Under the pieces are notes generated by a model. That model saw nothing but the letters and a program-made list of their open reading frames with translations, had not been told where the DNA came from and searched no databases. A stretch of DNA of 64,000 nt. Origin: an uncultured Dehalococcoidia bacterium (GTDB lineage Bacteria > Chloroflexota > Dehalococcoidia > Lucifugimonadales > CAZDRU01). Shown here one piece after another: positions 9,970 through 20,277 of the stretch (position 1 is its first letter; each line of letters starts with the position of its first letter). Position numbers and translations under genes: made by a program. Location of the stretch: NCBI GenBank assembly GCA_964508175.1, contig CAZDRU010000043.1, positions 1,843 to 65,842 on the forward strand, written 5' to 3'.

Positions 9970-10383
9970 CTATTTTTCAAGAGATTTTATAATTATAGGA
10001 AGTGTGGTGCTACGTCCAGTTTGCATATCTATTGCACAGATTATTACTCTTCCTTTTGCTGCTAATTCATTATTTTCGAAATGAACATTAAATTGCAATG
10101 TGATTGATTTATTTCCTAATTTTTCGATAGAGGTTCTTATTTGAAGTAAGTTATCATGTTGTATGGGTATTTTGTAATCACATTCAACATGAACTCTTGG
10201 CAAATCAATGCCTTGTTCCTTTAGACTTTTATAGGTTATTCCATTAGTTCTAAAGAAAGCTGCTTCAGCTATTTCAAAGTAGCGTAAAACGGCTGTATAA
10301 TGAATTCTTCCTGATGCATCCGTATCTGCCCAATGAACTCTTTGATTAGATAAAAAAACATTTTTATTTTCAAGATTATTCAT
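9970..10383 (-). CDS. hotdog acyl-CoA thioesterase (4HBT/YbgC-like), likely DHNA-CoA thioesterase
   Basis: RV.WADTDASGRIHY...YFE motif; last gene of the men operon. Confidence 0.75.
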   Translation of the reverse strand: MNNLENKNVFLSNQRVHWADTDASGRIHYTAVLRYFEIAEAAFFRTNGITYKSLKEQGIDLPRVHVECDYKIPIQHDNLLQIRTSIEKLGNKSITLQFNVHFENNELAAKGRVIICAIDMQTGRSTTLPIIIKSLEK

Positions 10384-10423
10384 AATGTTAATTGTTAAAA
10401 CTAATTTTGGTCTTTCTATATTG

Positions 10424-11329
10424 TCAGGTTATTACGTTATTTACAAGTAATCCTAATAAAATAAATATTCCAAATACAGTATGGAATATTGCAGAATTTT
10501 TTAACATTTTAAAATAATCTTGATGAGTTGTAGCTTTCCATATATTACGTATATTAATGATTGCCATAGGGATTGTTATTATAGTTATTAGCGTTGTTTG
10601 TGATAAATTTAATAGGATTATTCCTATCATCAAGAAAATGTAGGGACTGATTATTATAATAAAGTAGCAATATTTACCAAAAAGTTGCCCTAATATTGTA
10701 ATAGGAGTGATTTTTTTTGCAGTAATATCTTCTTTATAATCTCTTAGATCATTGGCTATTAATATTATTGTTGCTGTACTACCTGAACATAAAGAAAGAA
10801 TAATTCCTTTAGACGAAATTGCGTTAGTTAAAGTAAATTCTGTTCCTAAAGTTAATATAGGTCCCATGAATAAAAACACTAGAGGCCAGCCAAAACCTTT
10901 ATTTCCAATAGAAAGAGGTTTTCCGGCATAGTTGTAAGCAACAAAAACACTAATAATACAAATTGCTAAGATGATTAATCCATTTGTAGAAGTAATAATG
11001 AAATATAATCCAATAATTGTTGCAAAACTAAATGATATAAGTGCCGCTATTTTAACTGTTTTTGCAGTAAAAATTCCTAAACTTATGACTTTATATGTAG
11101 GTAACGTAGACACATTTCTTTTGTATATAGTTTCATCACTATATTCGTCTACTAAATTAGTGCCAATTTGTACAGCTGTTGCTGCTAATAATATAAGTAT
11201 TGTGTGAAACAGGTAAATACTATTCCAATGTAAATTTATTACACTTCCAAGAAGAACGGGAATTAATGATGCCCCTAATGTAAAAGGTCTTGATGCTTGA
11301 ATCCAATATTGTAATTGATTTTTTACCAT
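10424..11329 (-). CDS. menA: 1,4-dihydroxy-2-naphthoate prenyltransferase MenA
   Basis: [29 protein letters not shown]...KKIT; multiple TM helices; overlaps the menB stop. Confidence 0.85.
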   Translation of the reverse strand: MVKNQLQYWIQASRPFTLGASLIPVLLGSVINLHWNSIYLFHTILILLAATAVQIGTNLVDEYSDETIYKRNVSTLPTYKVISLGIFTAKTVKIAALISFSFATIIGLYFIITSTNGLIILAICIISVFVAYNYAGKPLSIGNKGFGWPLVFLFMGPILTLGTEFTLTNAISSKGIILSLCSGSTATIILIANDLRDYKEDITAKKITPITILGQLFGKYCYFIIIISPYIFLMIGIILLNLSQTTLITIITIPMAIINIRNIWKATTHQDYFKMLKNSAIFHTVFGIFILLGLLVNNVIT

Positions 11330-12123
11330 GGATAATTTCTGTATTTTGAAAAATCAGGATTTCTTTTTTCTAGAAATGCATTTTTCCCTTCTTTTGCTTC
11401 TTCAGTATTGTAATAAAGTGAAGTTGCCCCATGTGCAATGTTTTGTATTCCGTATACATGATCAGTATCAGCATTAAATGCATGTTTTAAGAATCGTAAA
11501 GCAGTAGGACTCTTATCAAGTAGTTCTTTTCCCCATTTGATAACTTCTTGTTTTAAATCTTTAACAGGAACTACACAATTAACAAGGCCCATTTTTTCTG
11601 CTTCTTTTGCTGAATATCGTCGACATAAGTACCATATTTCGCGAGCTTTTTTTTCTCCAACTATTCTTGCAAGATAAATAGAACCAAATCCAGCATCAAA
11701 ACTTCCAAATTTTGGACCGATTTGTCCAAATTTTGCCCTTGTTGATGCTATTGTTATATCACATAAAACATGAAGTACATGACCTCCTCCAATTGCATAT
11801 CCATCTACCATGGCAATAACAGGTTTAGGTATTTCACGAATCATTCTGTGTAGTGATGTTATTTGTAATTTATTTTCTCCACTTGAGTCACTGTATCCAG
11901 TGTCCGTTCTAGTTTTGACATCTCCTCCTGTACAAAAATTTCCTTTTGTTCCTGTGAGTACAATTACCCCAATTTTGTCATCATTCCAAGCTAATTCAAA
12001 CGCTTCAATTAATTCATCTAATGTTGTTGGTCGGAAAGCATTTAATACTTCTGGACGATTAATAGCGATGAAACTAATGCCTTCTTTATTAGTTATTTCG
12101 ATGTCATGATATTGTTTTTTCAT
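11323..12123 (-). CDS. menB: 1,4-dihydroxy-2-naphthoyl-CoA synthase MenB
   Basis: [55 protein letters not shown]. Confidence 0.95.
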   Translation of the reverse strand: MKKQYHDIEITNKEGISFIAINRPEVLNAFRPTTLDELIEAFELAWNDDKIGVIVLTGTKGNFCTGGDVKTRTDTGYSDSSGENKLQITSLHRMIREIPKPVIAMVDGYAIGGGHVLHVLCDITIASTRAKFGQIGPKFGSFDAGFGSIYLARIVGEKKAREIWYLCRRYSAKEAEKMGLVNCVVPVKDLKQEVIKWGKELLDKSPTALRFLKHAFNADTDHVYGIQNIAHGATSLYYNTEEAKEGKNAFLEKRNPDFSKYRNYPW

Positions 12124-12153
12124 AATATTTCTCCTAATTTTAATATGAGTATT

Positions 12154-13344
12154 TTAAATAATTTTATTTTTTTTCAATTGTGAGAAAGTTTCTTTATTGA
12201 TATTTAATTCAGAAGTTATTATTTCTTCTGTGGATTCTCCTAAAAGAGGTGCTTTCGCTTGAGGTCCAGACTTATATCCCTTAATTTTAAAAGGAGTATT
12301 TACGAATGTGTTTTTTGATGTATTATTTTTATTTAAGTTTATAAGTATATTTCTGTGGAGTACTTGCTTATCTTTAGTTATTTCATCTATGGTATTAGTT
12401 TTACTACAGGCTATGTTCAATTTATGGAATTTTTTTATCCAATAATTTGCTGATTTTTTGGCAATAGCATTTTCCATTATTGGTTTTAATATAGTATAGT
12501 TTTTATTTCTTTTATCGGATGTATTAAAATCTTTGTTTAGGATAAGTGATTCTTCTCCAATTGCCATACAAAAATCAGTCCATAATTTTGAAGAATTTGG
12601 CGTAATTGCTAGTACTATATAATCAGTAGTTGTTTTAAACATTTGAAATGGAACAATACTTGGATGTCTTGCCCCTACTTTTTGTGGTATTTCCCCAGTT
12701 GTTAAAAATCTACTGATTGGATTTTCAAGCATAGTTAATAAACTATCTAACATAGCGATATCTATATTAGTTCCTTTATTAGTAAAATTTCTTTTCCATA
12801 ATGCAGCTAAAATAGCTACTGTAGAAAAAAGACCTGCCACACTATCACCTAGTGAAATGCCTGTTCTAATTGGAGGATCTTCATCGTTTCCAGTGATACT
12901 CATTAATCCACTCATAGCTTGAATTATAATATCAAAAGCAGGAAAATTTTTATAAGGTCCAGTTTGTCCGAATCCTGAAATAGATGCGTAAATAATTTTA
13001 GGATTTATAAGTTTAATTGTTTGATAATCAAGTCCGAAATTTTTCAAATGACCCGGAACATAATTTTCAACTAAAATATCAACATTTGAAGCTAATTTTT
13101 GAGCTAATTTTTGTCCTTCTGGTTTTTTTAAGTTGATGGTTATGCTTTTTTTTCCTCGATTTAAGCTGTTAAAGTACGTGCTTTGCCCTTTTGAATTATC
13201 TATAGATCGAGAAGGGTCTCCGTTGGATGGGTTTTCTATTTTTATTACTGTAGCTCCTAAATCTGCAAGATTCATAGTGCAAAAAGGACCTGCTAGCATA
13301 TGTCCAATTTCGAGTACTTTAATTCCTGATAGAATCGAATTCAT
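12154..13344 (-). CDS. class III CoA-transferase (CaiB/BaiF/Frc family) embedded in the men operon
   Basis: LAGPFC..LADLGA.VIKIE, NRGKKSI, VENY.PG, SISGFGQTGP, catalytic-Asp region GISLGD, APLLGE; GAGGAG SD. Confidence 0.92.
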   Translation of the reverse strand: MNSILSGIKVLEIGHMLAGPFCTMNLADLGATVIKIENPSNGDPSRSIDNSKGQSTYFNSLNRGKKSITINLKKPEGQKLAQKLASNVDILVENYVPGHLKNFGLDYQTIKLINPKIIYASISGFGQTGPYKNFPAFDIIIQAMSGLMSITGNDEDPPIRTGISLGDSVAGLFSTVAILAALWKRNFTNKGTNIDIAMLDSLLTMLENPISRFLTTGEIPQKVGARHPSIVPFQMFKTTTDYIVLAITPNSSKLWTDFCMAIGEESLILNKDFNTSDKRNKNYTILKPIMENAIAKKSANYWIKKFHKLNIACSKTNTIDEITKDKQVLHRNILINLNKNNTSKNTFVNTPFKIKGYKSGPQAKAPLLGESTEEIITSELNINKETFSQLKKNKII

Positions 13345-13364
13345 TTTATTTTTCTCCTCGAAAA

Positions 13365-14177
13365 TTAATTTAATTGATTGATAAAATCGGATACTATTTT
13401 TGTGAATATTTCTGGTTTTTCAAAATGAGTATTATGTCCAGCATCTTGAATGTTCATATATGTGCCGTTTCCTAAATTATTTGACATATTTTTTGCGATT
13501 GTAGAGTATTTAAAATCTTTTTCTCCTGCTATACAAAGACTAGGAATTGATATATTTGAAAGAATATCGTTAAGTGGATATAGAGAACCAGTTCCTATTT
13601 TGCGTAACATATTTGCTAATCCGAAAACGTTATTGCTAAGACGCATATTACGTTGGTCTGTTATTTGACTATTAGATATACTGGTTTGTGTTTGAAAAAT
13701 AGGCAATTTTTCCCAATAATTCACGAACCATTCGATACCCTTTTTTTCGATATTGGTTGCTAATTTTGAATCATTTAATTTTCTTAAATTTCTTTCTTTT
13801 AAATTCGTTATTCCGCTAGTTGTCCCTTCAAAAATTAGAGCTGAACATTTCTTAGGATATTGTTTGGCAAAATGGAGAAGGATTCTTCCTCCCATTGAAT
13901 ATCCAATCCAAATAGCTTTCTTTATTTTATGAGAGTCAGTGATAGTTTTTAAAAGTTTGGTTAAATTTGACATTGAATATTGATTAATATCTAATGGAGA
14001 ATTCGATTTTCCGTGACCTGGTAGATCTATTAAATAACATTTAAATTTTTTTGCAAAAATTGAAGCTACTGTTTTCCAAGATTGAGTTGTTCCTGCAAAT
14101 CCATGGAGAAAATAAATAGGAGTTCCTGCGCCTAATTCTTCGATGTTTATTATGAATTTATTACAAGTTACTAACAT
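13365..14177 (-). CDS. menH: SHCHC synthase MenH (alpha/beta hydrolase)
   Basis: LHGF.G, DLPGHG, GYSMGGR, R..RK..D..LA, GHNTH; follows menD. Start taken at ATG 14177 (track gives 14207). Confidence 0.88.
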   Translation of the reverse strand: MLVTCNKFIINIEELGAGTPIYFLHGFAGTTQSWKTVASIFAKKFKCYLIDLPGHGKSNSPLDINQYSMSNLTKLLKTITDSHKIKKAIWIGYSMGGRILLHFAKQYPKKCSALIFEGTTSGITNLKERNLRKLNDSKLATNIEKKGIEWFVNYWEKLPIFQTQTSISNSQITDQRNMRLSNNVFGLANMLRKIGTGSLYPLNDILSNISIPSLCIAGEKDFKYSTIAKNMSNNLGNGTYMNIQDAGHNTHFEKPEIFTKIVSDFINQLN

Positions 14178-15930
14178 ATGTTTTTTCCATAATTTTTTTA
14201 AATACATTGTTATGAAGTAGGTTGTTTTTTGATATGGTTGACGTTATTTCGATGATTTTTGGCCCTTTTTTAGCGATGAAATTTTGAATGTTTTTAGTGA
14301 ATATTTTTCTCGAAGTTGGATTCCAGTATGGTATTTGAAATAAATTAGCAGCATTTTCAAAAGTTAAATTATGAGGTGTTAGGAAAAGATTTTTGAAGTA
14401 CTTTTTAAATTTTGATTGAGGAAGAAATGAAAAAATTCCTCCACCATTATTATTTAAAATAATTATTGTCAAGTTTGATTGAGTATTCGTACATAGTAAT
14501 AAGCTATTTAGATCGTGTAAGAAAGCTATATCTCCTATTAGTAAAATTACTGGAGATTGTGTTTGTGTTGCAGTTCCTGTTGCACTGCTGATCATTCCAT
14601 CGATGCCACTTGAACCTCTATTGCCTAAAATTTTTATACCTTTTCGTTTAGGGAAAAACATGTCCGTATCTCTTATAGGCATACTATTACTTAGATAGAG
14701 TATTGTTTTTTGAGGGAGTGATTTATGTAAGTCGATGTATATTGAAGGTTCAGATATTACATCTGTTTTTTCAAAGATTTCATTTATTGTATTTAATGTT
14801 TGTATTTGAATATCCTGCCATAATTTTTGCCATATTCTATTTGGTTTATTGTTTTCAGTCTGAAGAAGGTTTAACAAAATTTTTGGATCTTCTTTTATAT
14901 GAAAATTTCCTGAATGATTTGGGTCTGAAAATGAAAAAGGATTTAAGATTATTTGGGTTGTATTTTTCTTGTCATTAAGATATTGCAGAAGTGTTTTTGA
15001 AGTAGGAGTCATTCCTACTCTTATGATTAAGTCTGGTGTTAAAGATTTAGCTAGTGTTTTATTTTTTAGAAAAAGATCATGGTTATCTATAATGTTTGTT
15101 AAATTATGAATTCCAGTTCTTACTTGGGATAATGGATCTGCCAAAATCGGGAATCCAGTTTTTTCTGAAAATAGAATAATGTCTTCAGGGGAAAAACTGT
15201 TATTGTTGGGTCCACAAACGATAATACCTTGAGTAGAAATAGCAAGTGCTTTTTCTAGAATATTTTTTGTAGTATTGTTTGACTGGATAGTATATTTTTG
15301 TTGTGATTCTCTCGTATTTTTTAGTCTTTTTTTTAATTTTTTTATGACTTTCTCAATTTCTGGAGTTTGGTCTTTTTTAATAGTTATTGGATGAAGAGGG
15401 TCATCAAATGGGAAGTTGATATGAATTACTCCTTGAGGATCTTTCATTATGATATTCATGCCATCCAATACTTTTTTGAACATAATTTCTAAGAGTTGAG
15501 GGTTATTTCGAGGTGTAGGAAGATTGATGCTGATTTTCGGATAGATTCCGAAAATATTTGTTTGATCTATTGTTTGTAATGCGCCAGTTCCTTGTAATTC
15601 TGATGGTCGATCAGCAGTGACTATTACTAGAGGTATTTGAGAATAAGTAGATTCAATGATTGAAGGCAGGAAATTACTGGTAGCAGTTCCGGAAGTGCTT
15701 AAAACTACGACTGGATTTTTTGTAATTCGTGCAATTCCAGTGCCAAAAAAACCTGCTCCTCTTTCGTCAATGTGAGTCCATGTTTTTATATTTTGGTTAT
15801 CAAAGAGAGAAATTGCTATAGGTGATGAACGGGATCCTGGACAAATACAAGCATTTTTAACTTGATAATGTTCTAATATATCAACGAATAAATTAGAAAA
15901 AGCGTAATTGATATTTGGGGGTATTTTCAT
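14161..15930 (-). CDS. menD: SEPHCHC synthase MenD
   Basis: PGSRSSP, IDERGAGF, TSGTA..N, TADRP, SNSMPIRD, NRGSSGIDG, GD.AF.HD, NNNGGGIF..LP. Confidence 0.95.
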   Translation of the reverse strand: MKIPPNINYAFSNLFVDILEHYQVKNACICPGSRSSPIAISLFDNQNIKTWTHIDERGAGFFGTGIARITKNPVVVLSTSGTATSNFLPSIIESTYSQIPLVIVTADRPSELQGTGALQTIDQTNIFGIYPKISINLPTPRNNPQLLEIMFKKVLDGMNIIMKDPQGVIHINFPFDDPLHPITIKKDQTPEIEKVIKKLKKRLKNTRESQQKYTIQSNNTTKNILEKALAISTQGIIVCGPNNNSFSPEDIILFSEKTGFPILADPLSQVRTGIHNLTNIIDNHDLFLKNKTLAKSLTPDLIIRVGMTPTSKTLLQYLNDKKNTTQIILNPFSFSDPNHSGNFHIKEDPKILLNLLQTENNKPNRIWQKLWQDIQIQTLNTINEIFEKTDVISEPSIYIDLHKSLPQKTILYLSNSMPIRDTDMFFPKRKGIKILGNRGSSGIDGMISSATGTATQTQSPVILLIGDIAFLHDLNSLLLCTNTQSNLTIIILNNNGGGIFSFLPQSKFKKYFKNLFLTPHNLTFENAANLFQIPYWNPTSRKIFTKNIQNFIAKKGPKIIEITSTISKNNLLHNNVFKKIMEKTYVSNL

Positions 15931-17369
15931 AACGAAATTTTAATTGCGTCAAGAATTGTTTTTAATTTTAATTGAGTTTCATCAAATTCTTGGTCAGGTA
16001 TAGAATTTTTTACGATTCCAGCTCCTGCAAAGAGTGTTGCTGTAATATTTTTAATGAGTGCACTTCGTATAGCTATTACAAAACACCCTTCGTTTAGGTT
16101 GCGAATAATACCAACATTTCCTGAAAACCATCCTCGTGAAAAATTTTCTAAATATTTTATCGTTGTTAAAGCAGATTCTTTTGGTATGCCACAAATTGAT
16201 GGACTATGGTGAAGAGAATCAAGTAAATCAAAAATGGTGACGTTTTTTTTCGATTTTCCTTTTACGAGTGATACTAAATGTTGAATGTGTTGTAATTTTA
16301 TAATGTGAAGTTTTTTTTCGATGTGTAATTTAGTAGTTAAATGTCTTAATTTTTTTAAAATCCATTTGACTACTAAATTATGTTCGTGAAGATTTTTTTC
16401 ATCTTCTAGTAAATTTGTTCGAGAATTTTTATTTAATATTTCTGAATTATCATCGGCGTTTGTTCCTGCGACAATTTTTGATGTTAGATTGTTATTTTCA
16501 AGTTGTAAAACAACTTCTGGTGTAGCTCCAAGAAATTCTTTATTTCCTCGTCTAAAAGAAAAAATAGAGCAACTAGGGTATTTTTTGTCAAGAATTTCTA
16601 AAATATTTGTTGTATTGATCGGAGTTGAAGAGTTATATAATACAGGTCTACATAATACAACTTTCTCAACTTTATTGTTTTCAATCTCATCTAATATTTT
16701 TTTGACTCCACGATTCCATTCTTTTTTAATGAATGTATCTTCTTTTTCTTGAACTGGATTTAATTTTTTTTCTGGAAAGTCTTCTTTTTTAGTATTATTG
16801 ATTAGAGTGTTTTTAATGATTTCTATGCCTTTTGAGATGATTTTTTCAATTGTTTTATTTGCGTTGGTCCCTTTAATTGATATGTTAATAGTTAAAGTTG
16901 TTTTATCGTTTTTATGTTCTATAGTGTATGTTGGCAGTGTTACTAGTCCATTAGGAAAATCATGCCAAATATCTTGTTTGTTTAGTATTTTAGTTTCAAA
17001 ACTGAATCCTGAAAAACATAGAGGATTTGGCTTTTCATTATTTAATCCAAATGAATAAATTGATATCATTGGTTGAATTTTTTTATATTTTTCTTTGATT
17101 TCTATATATGGATTAATTGCGTTTGTTTTTAATTCAATTGTTTTCCCAGCACTACTGATCCAGTTGTTTTCTGACTGATTAGACCAAAAACAACTATAGG
17201 TGCTTAATTTTTTCATGCCATCAATAATTTTCCAAGGATTATTTACTTTAGGTAATGGAGTTATGAATGAAAAAATTTGAGAATTATTTGATTGAGTTGA
17301 AAGGTCTTTTTTTAATTGCGTTATTATTTGATTCTCAAATGAATTCAGTATGTTTATATTATTAGTCAT
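15927..17369 (-). CDS. menF: isochorismate synthase MenF
   Basis: KVVL.R, GATPE, AGT, KN.HEH..VV, IQHL, RGWFSG, IAIRSA, FAGAGIV..S.P..EF.ET..K chorismate-binding motifs. Confidence 0.88.
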   Translation of the reverse strand: MTNNINILNSFENQIITQLKKDLSTQSNNSQIFSFITPLPKVNNPWKIIDGMKKLSTYSCFWSNQSENNWISSAGKTIELKTNAINPYIEIKEKYKKIQPMISIYSFGLNNEKPNPLCFSGFSFETKILNKQDIWHDFPNGLVTLPTYTIEHKNDKTTLTINISIKGTNANKTIEKIISKGIEIIKNTLINNTKKEDFPEKKLNPVQEKEDTFIKKEWNRGVKKILDEIENNKVEKVVLCRPVLYNSSTPINTTNILEILDKKYPSCSIFSFRRGNKEFLGATPEVVLQLENNNLTSKIVAGTNADDNSEILNKNSRTNLLEDEKNLHEHNLVVKWILKKLRHLTTKLHIEKKLHIIKLQHIQHLVSLVKGKSKKNVTIFDLLDSLHHSPSICGIPKESALTTIKYLENFSRGWFSGNVGIIRNLNEGCFVIAIRSALIKNITATLFAGAGIVKNSIPDQEFDETQLKLKTILDAIKISL

Positions 17370-17379
17370 AGCATGTAGT

Positions 17380-17991
17380 TTAAGGGACTAATCCAATTGA
17401 TCTTAGTAATAAATTTCTTAATTCAGGTAATGTTGTTTCTAAAGGAATATTTTTATCGTTATGTATCCAGTTAATTATTATTTCATTAATAGCCCCTAGC
17501 CAAGCATATGCTGTGATTGTAGTGTTTATTTTAGTGATTGAATGATCTTTTATCGCTGTATCCAGATTTATTTTTATGAAATTTGCAAATCTTTCATGAA
17601 TATTAAATATGTGTTCATTAATAATCGGACTTGAAATATTAGAACTAGTTAAAACTAATTTTGTTAAATTTTTATGTTTCGAAATTAAATCAAATAAAGT
17701 GTTTAATGGTGTGTTGATTTGATTAACTATATTTGTTTTTTCGTTAATTTTTTTAATAGTTGCTTGTTCTAATGAGTTGGCTAGCTTATCGATCAAGGAA
17801 CAGAATAAATTTTCCTTGCTAGGAAAATGAAAGTATATAGATCCTTTTGAAGTGCCAGATTTTTCTGCAATTTTATCCATGCTTGTTTTATGGTACCCAT
17901 CTTTAGCGAAGATATTTTCAGCTGTATTGAGTATTATTTTTTTCGTTAATGATTTATTACGACGTTTTGGTTGTTGTAATATTTTTTTCAT
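17380..17991 (-). CDS. TetR/AcrR family transcriptional regulator heading the men operon
   Basis: N-terminal HTH (F...GY..TS...IA..SG.SKGSIY.HF.SKE.LF); 10 bp upstream of menF. Confidence 0.92.
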   Translation of the reverse strand: MKKILQQPKRRNKSLTKKIILNTAENIFAKDGYHKTSMDKIAEKSGTSKGSIYFHFPSKENLFCSLIDKLANSLEQATIKKINEKTNIVNQINTPLNTLFDLISKHKNLTKLVLTSSNISSPIINEHIFNIHERFANFIKINLDTAIKDHSITKINTTITAYAWLGAINEIIINWIHNDKNIPLETTLPELRNLLLRSIGLVP

Positions 17992-17997
17992 GGTTAT

Positions 17998-18033
17998 TTA
18001 ATCTATAAACTGACTGGTCAGTCTATAGATTAA
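17998..18033. promoter_or_regulatory. 36-bp inverted repeat, putative TetR operator
   Basis: TTAATCTATAAACTGAC-TG-GTCAGTCTATAGATTAA: 17-bp arms with one mismatched pair, starting 7 bp upstream of the TetR start codon. Confidence 0.75.
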
Positions 18034-18056
18034 CAAATTGATTGAATAATGGTCAA
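18027..18056 (-). promoter_or_regulatory. sigma70-type promoter of the tetR-men operon
   Basis: Minus strand TTGACC-18 nt-TAATCT with extended TGn; the -10 overlaps the palindrome. Confidence 0.55.
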
Positions 18057-18084
18057 ATATGCGATTGTTTATCTATTGAAATTA

Positions 18085-19266
18085 TTAAGTTGTAGATAAT
18101 GGTTTTTTTCGAAAAAAAGTGAGAAATGAAGGAATAATCAACATGAGTGTCAGCATTATTAATAAATAGACTGAAGAAAATCCAAATTGATCTATCGATA
18201 TACCTAAAATAACTCCTGATGTTGCTCCAATTACAGAGCCTACTCCATAGAGCATAGCAAATCCTTTTCCATGATGTTTTTCATTCAAATATTTTCCAAC
18301 AAGACTTGCACTTATTGGTTCACTTATTTGCATGAAAAAGAAGGTTACAGGAATTAAAAGGAGGATCATAATATCATTTGCATGTAAGACCCAGAGTAAG
18401 AATAGTGGGATTATTGGCATTAAACAGGTGATAATAAAATAGAATTCTGGTTTGGCTTTTTCGGCGGTTTTGCCACCTAATAATGTTCCAAAAGCTCCTA
18501 TAATCATTATTATACTTGTGCAAATTCCTATTGTTGGAATAATGCCGATAGTTTTTCCTTCTAAGAAAGTTGTTTTGAGGATAATAATAGGAGCGAATGT
18601 TAATATTCCAGATATGGCAAATTGACGAAATATTTGTATCGTGTAAAGTCCTGTTAATTTAAGATTAAAGGTTTTATTTTCTGAGATTTGAGTTTCAGTT
18701 TGTTTTGAATTTTTGCCGTGTTTTATGTCTAATAGTGGAATGAATGGTAATAATATTAAAGAAGTAATAATTGCAAATAAAAATGTCATTCTCCATCCTT
18801 CTAAAACTCCAATAATTATTGCTAATAATGGAATAATTGCAAGACCAAAATTACCTACGAATCCAAATATTCCCAAAGCATTGGTAGTTTTTCGGAAATT
18901 TCTGGTTATTGTTGCGAGTCCAACAGGATGAAAAATTCCTGTACCAATGCCAAATACTATCATTGAAAGAATAAGAAAAACTTTTTGGTGTGAAAAAAAT
19001 ACTAGTAATGCTCCTAATGCAGTTATAAGTGAAAATGCTGTTAAGAGTACTTTCCCTCCAATTTTATCGAATAAAATTCCTGAAAGCACTCCCGAGCTAC
19101 CCGCGCCAATTAAGAATGCAGTACCTAATGCTCCGAGGAATGTGAAATCATTTACAAATTCTTTTTCTAGTAAAAATAAAATTGCAGGATATAATATATG
19201 CCATCCATCAGAAATGAAATGTCCCAAGGAAATAATTCCAATTATTTTACGTTCTTTTTTATTCAT
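18085..19266 (-). CDS. MFS transporter (Fsr-like)
   Basis: About 12 TM helices; GH...D, G.LFDK.GGK, G.G.GIFHP, GWR motifs. Confidence 0.85.
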   Translation of the reverse strand: MNKKERKIIGIISLGHFISDGWHILYPAILFLLEKEFVNDFTFLGALGTAFLIGAGSSGVLSGILFDKIGGKVLLTAFSLITALGALLVFFSHQKVFLILSMIVFGIGTGIFHPVGLATITRNFRKTTNALGIFGFVGNFGLAIIPLLAIIIGVLEGWRMTFLFAIITSLILLPFIPLLDIKHGKNSKQTETQISENKTFNLKLTGLYTIQIFRQFAISGILTFAPIIILKTTFLEGKTIGIIPTIGICTSIIMIIGAFGTLLGGKTAEKAKPEFYFIITCLMPIIPLFLLWVLHANDIMILLLIPVTFFFMQISEPISASLVGKYLNEKHHGKGFAMLYGVGSVIGATSGVILGISIDQFGFSSVYLLIMLTLMLIIPSFLTFFRKKPLSTT

Positions 19267-19271
19267 AATGA

Positions 19272-20150
19272 TTAAGAAGTAGTAGTTTCTTTAACAAATT
19301 TTTTAATTATATTTACTAGTTCTTCTGGTTTATGTAATGGTATGTCATGTAATGTTTCTTCCATAGTTGTTATTGAATAATTAGGAAAAATTTTCATTTG
19401 AGGAAATATTTTTTCTTTCATGAATTCGAATCCTAAATGTACTTCAGATTCAATATTATTACGTTTAGCTTCAATTATTTTTGTTGGAATATTAACTTTA
19501 GAAAAAAGATCGGAAGGGTGATGGTTATAAAGATTTTTGAGTATTTTCAAGTGATTGTTAATTGTTAATTTCCGAGTAACATAATTTTTTTCATCAATTA
19601 TAAAACTATTTTTTCTTATAGATTTGGTTTTCTCATTCCAATTTAAAGAAATATTTGTGGGTTCATTTTTTTCCATTTTTAATACTAATTCATCCCATTT
19701 CAATTTTGATACATCGGGGGGAGTGAGAAATTTTTTAATTAAAGGCCAATTTATTCCAGGGATAGCCGTAAATTCAATGAACCCTCCATCTATTAGAATT
19801 AATTGTTTTACATTTTTAAATTTACTTGCATAATCTAGTGCAAGATTACCTCCCCAAGAATGACCTATAAGAATAAAATTACTTAATCCTAGCATTTCTA
19901 TACAATGATTTATGTCTTTAATTATTGTATGAAAATCATATCCAGTATTTGGTTTAGACGTATTTCCATGTCCTCTCAAGTCAATCGCATAACATGAGAA
20001 AGAATCAATAAGTTTGGGGCATATTAAGTCCCAAATCATTGATGTTGATGATAATCCATGAAGGAGTACAATAGCTGGTTTAGGACCTTTCCAATAGCGA
20101 CATTCGAATAATAATTTATCGAATACAATAGTTTTAATTTCTGGAGCCAT
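19272..20150 (-). CDS. alpha/beta fold hydrolase
   Basis: LLHGL, DLRGHG, GHSWGG nucleophile elbow, C-terminal His (LHDIP). Confidence 0.88.
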   Translation of the reverse strand: MAPEIKTIVFDKLLFECRYWKGPKPAIVLLHGLSSTSMIWDLICPKLIDSFSCYAIDLRGHGNTSKPNTGYDFHTIIKDINHCIEMLGLSNFILIGHSWGGNLALDYASKFKNVKQLILIDGGFIEFTAIPGINWPLIKKFLTPPDVSKLKWDELVLKMEKNEPTNISLNWNEKTKSIRKNSFIIDEKNYVTRKLTINNHLKILKNLYNHHPSDLFSKVNIPTKIIEAKRNNIESEVHLGFEFMKEKIFPQMKIFPNYSITTMEETLHDIPLHKPEELVNIIKKFVKETTTS

Positions 20151-20277
20151 CTAATTAATCCATATTTACATAAAATTACTGGGTATATGTTTATTGTACT
20201 AGGTAAATTTATAAAATAAAAAAACTTTTTTTATTTTATAATGCTAAGTAAATTTTGTAATTAAGGACTTTTTATTT

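Noticed and set aside
19272-20150. Hydrolase as a second MenH
   Set aside because: Has GHSWGG and lacks the GYSMGGR and Arg-rich cap motifs seen in the in-operon MenH.
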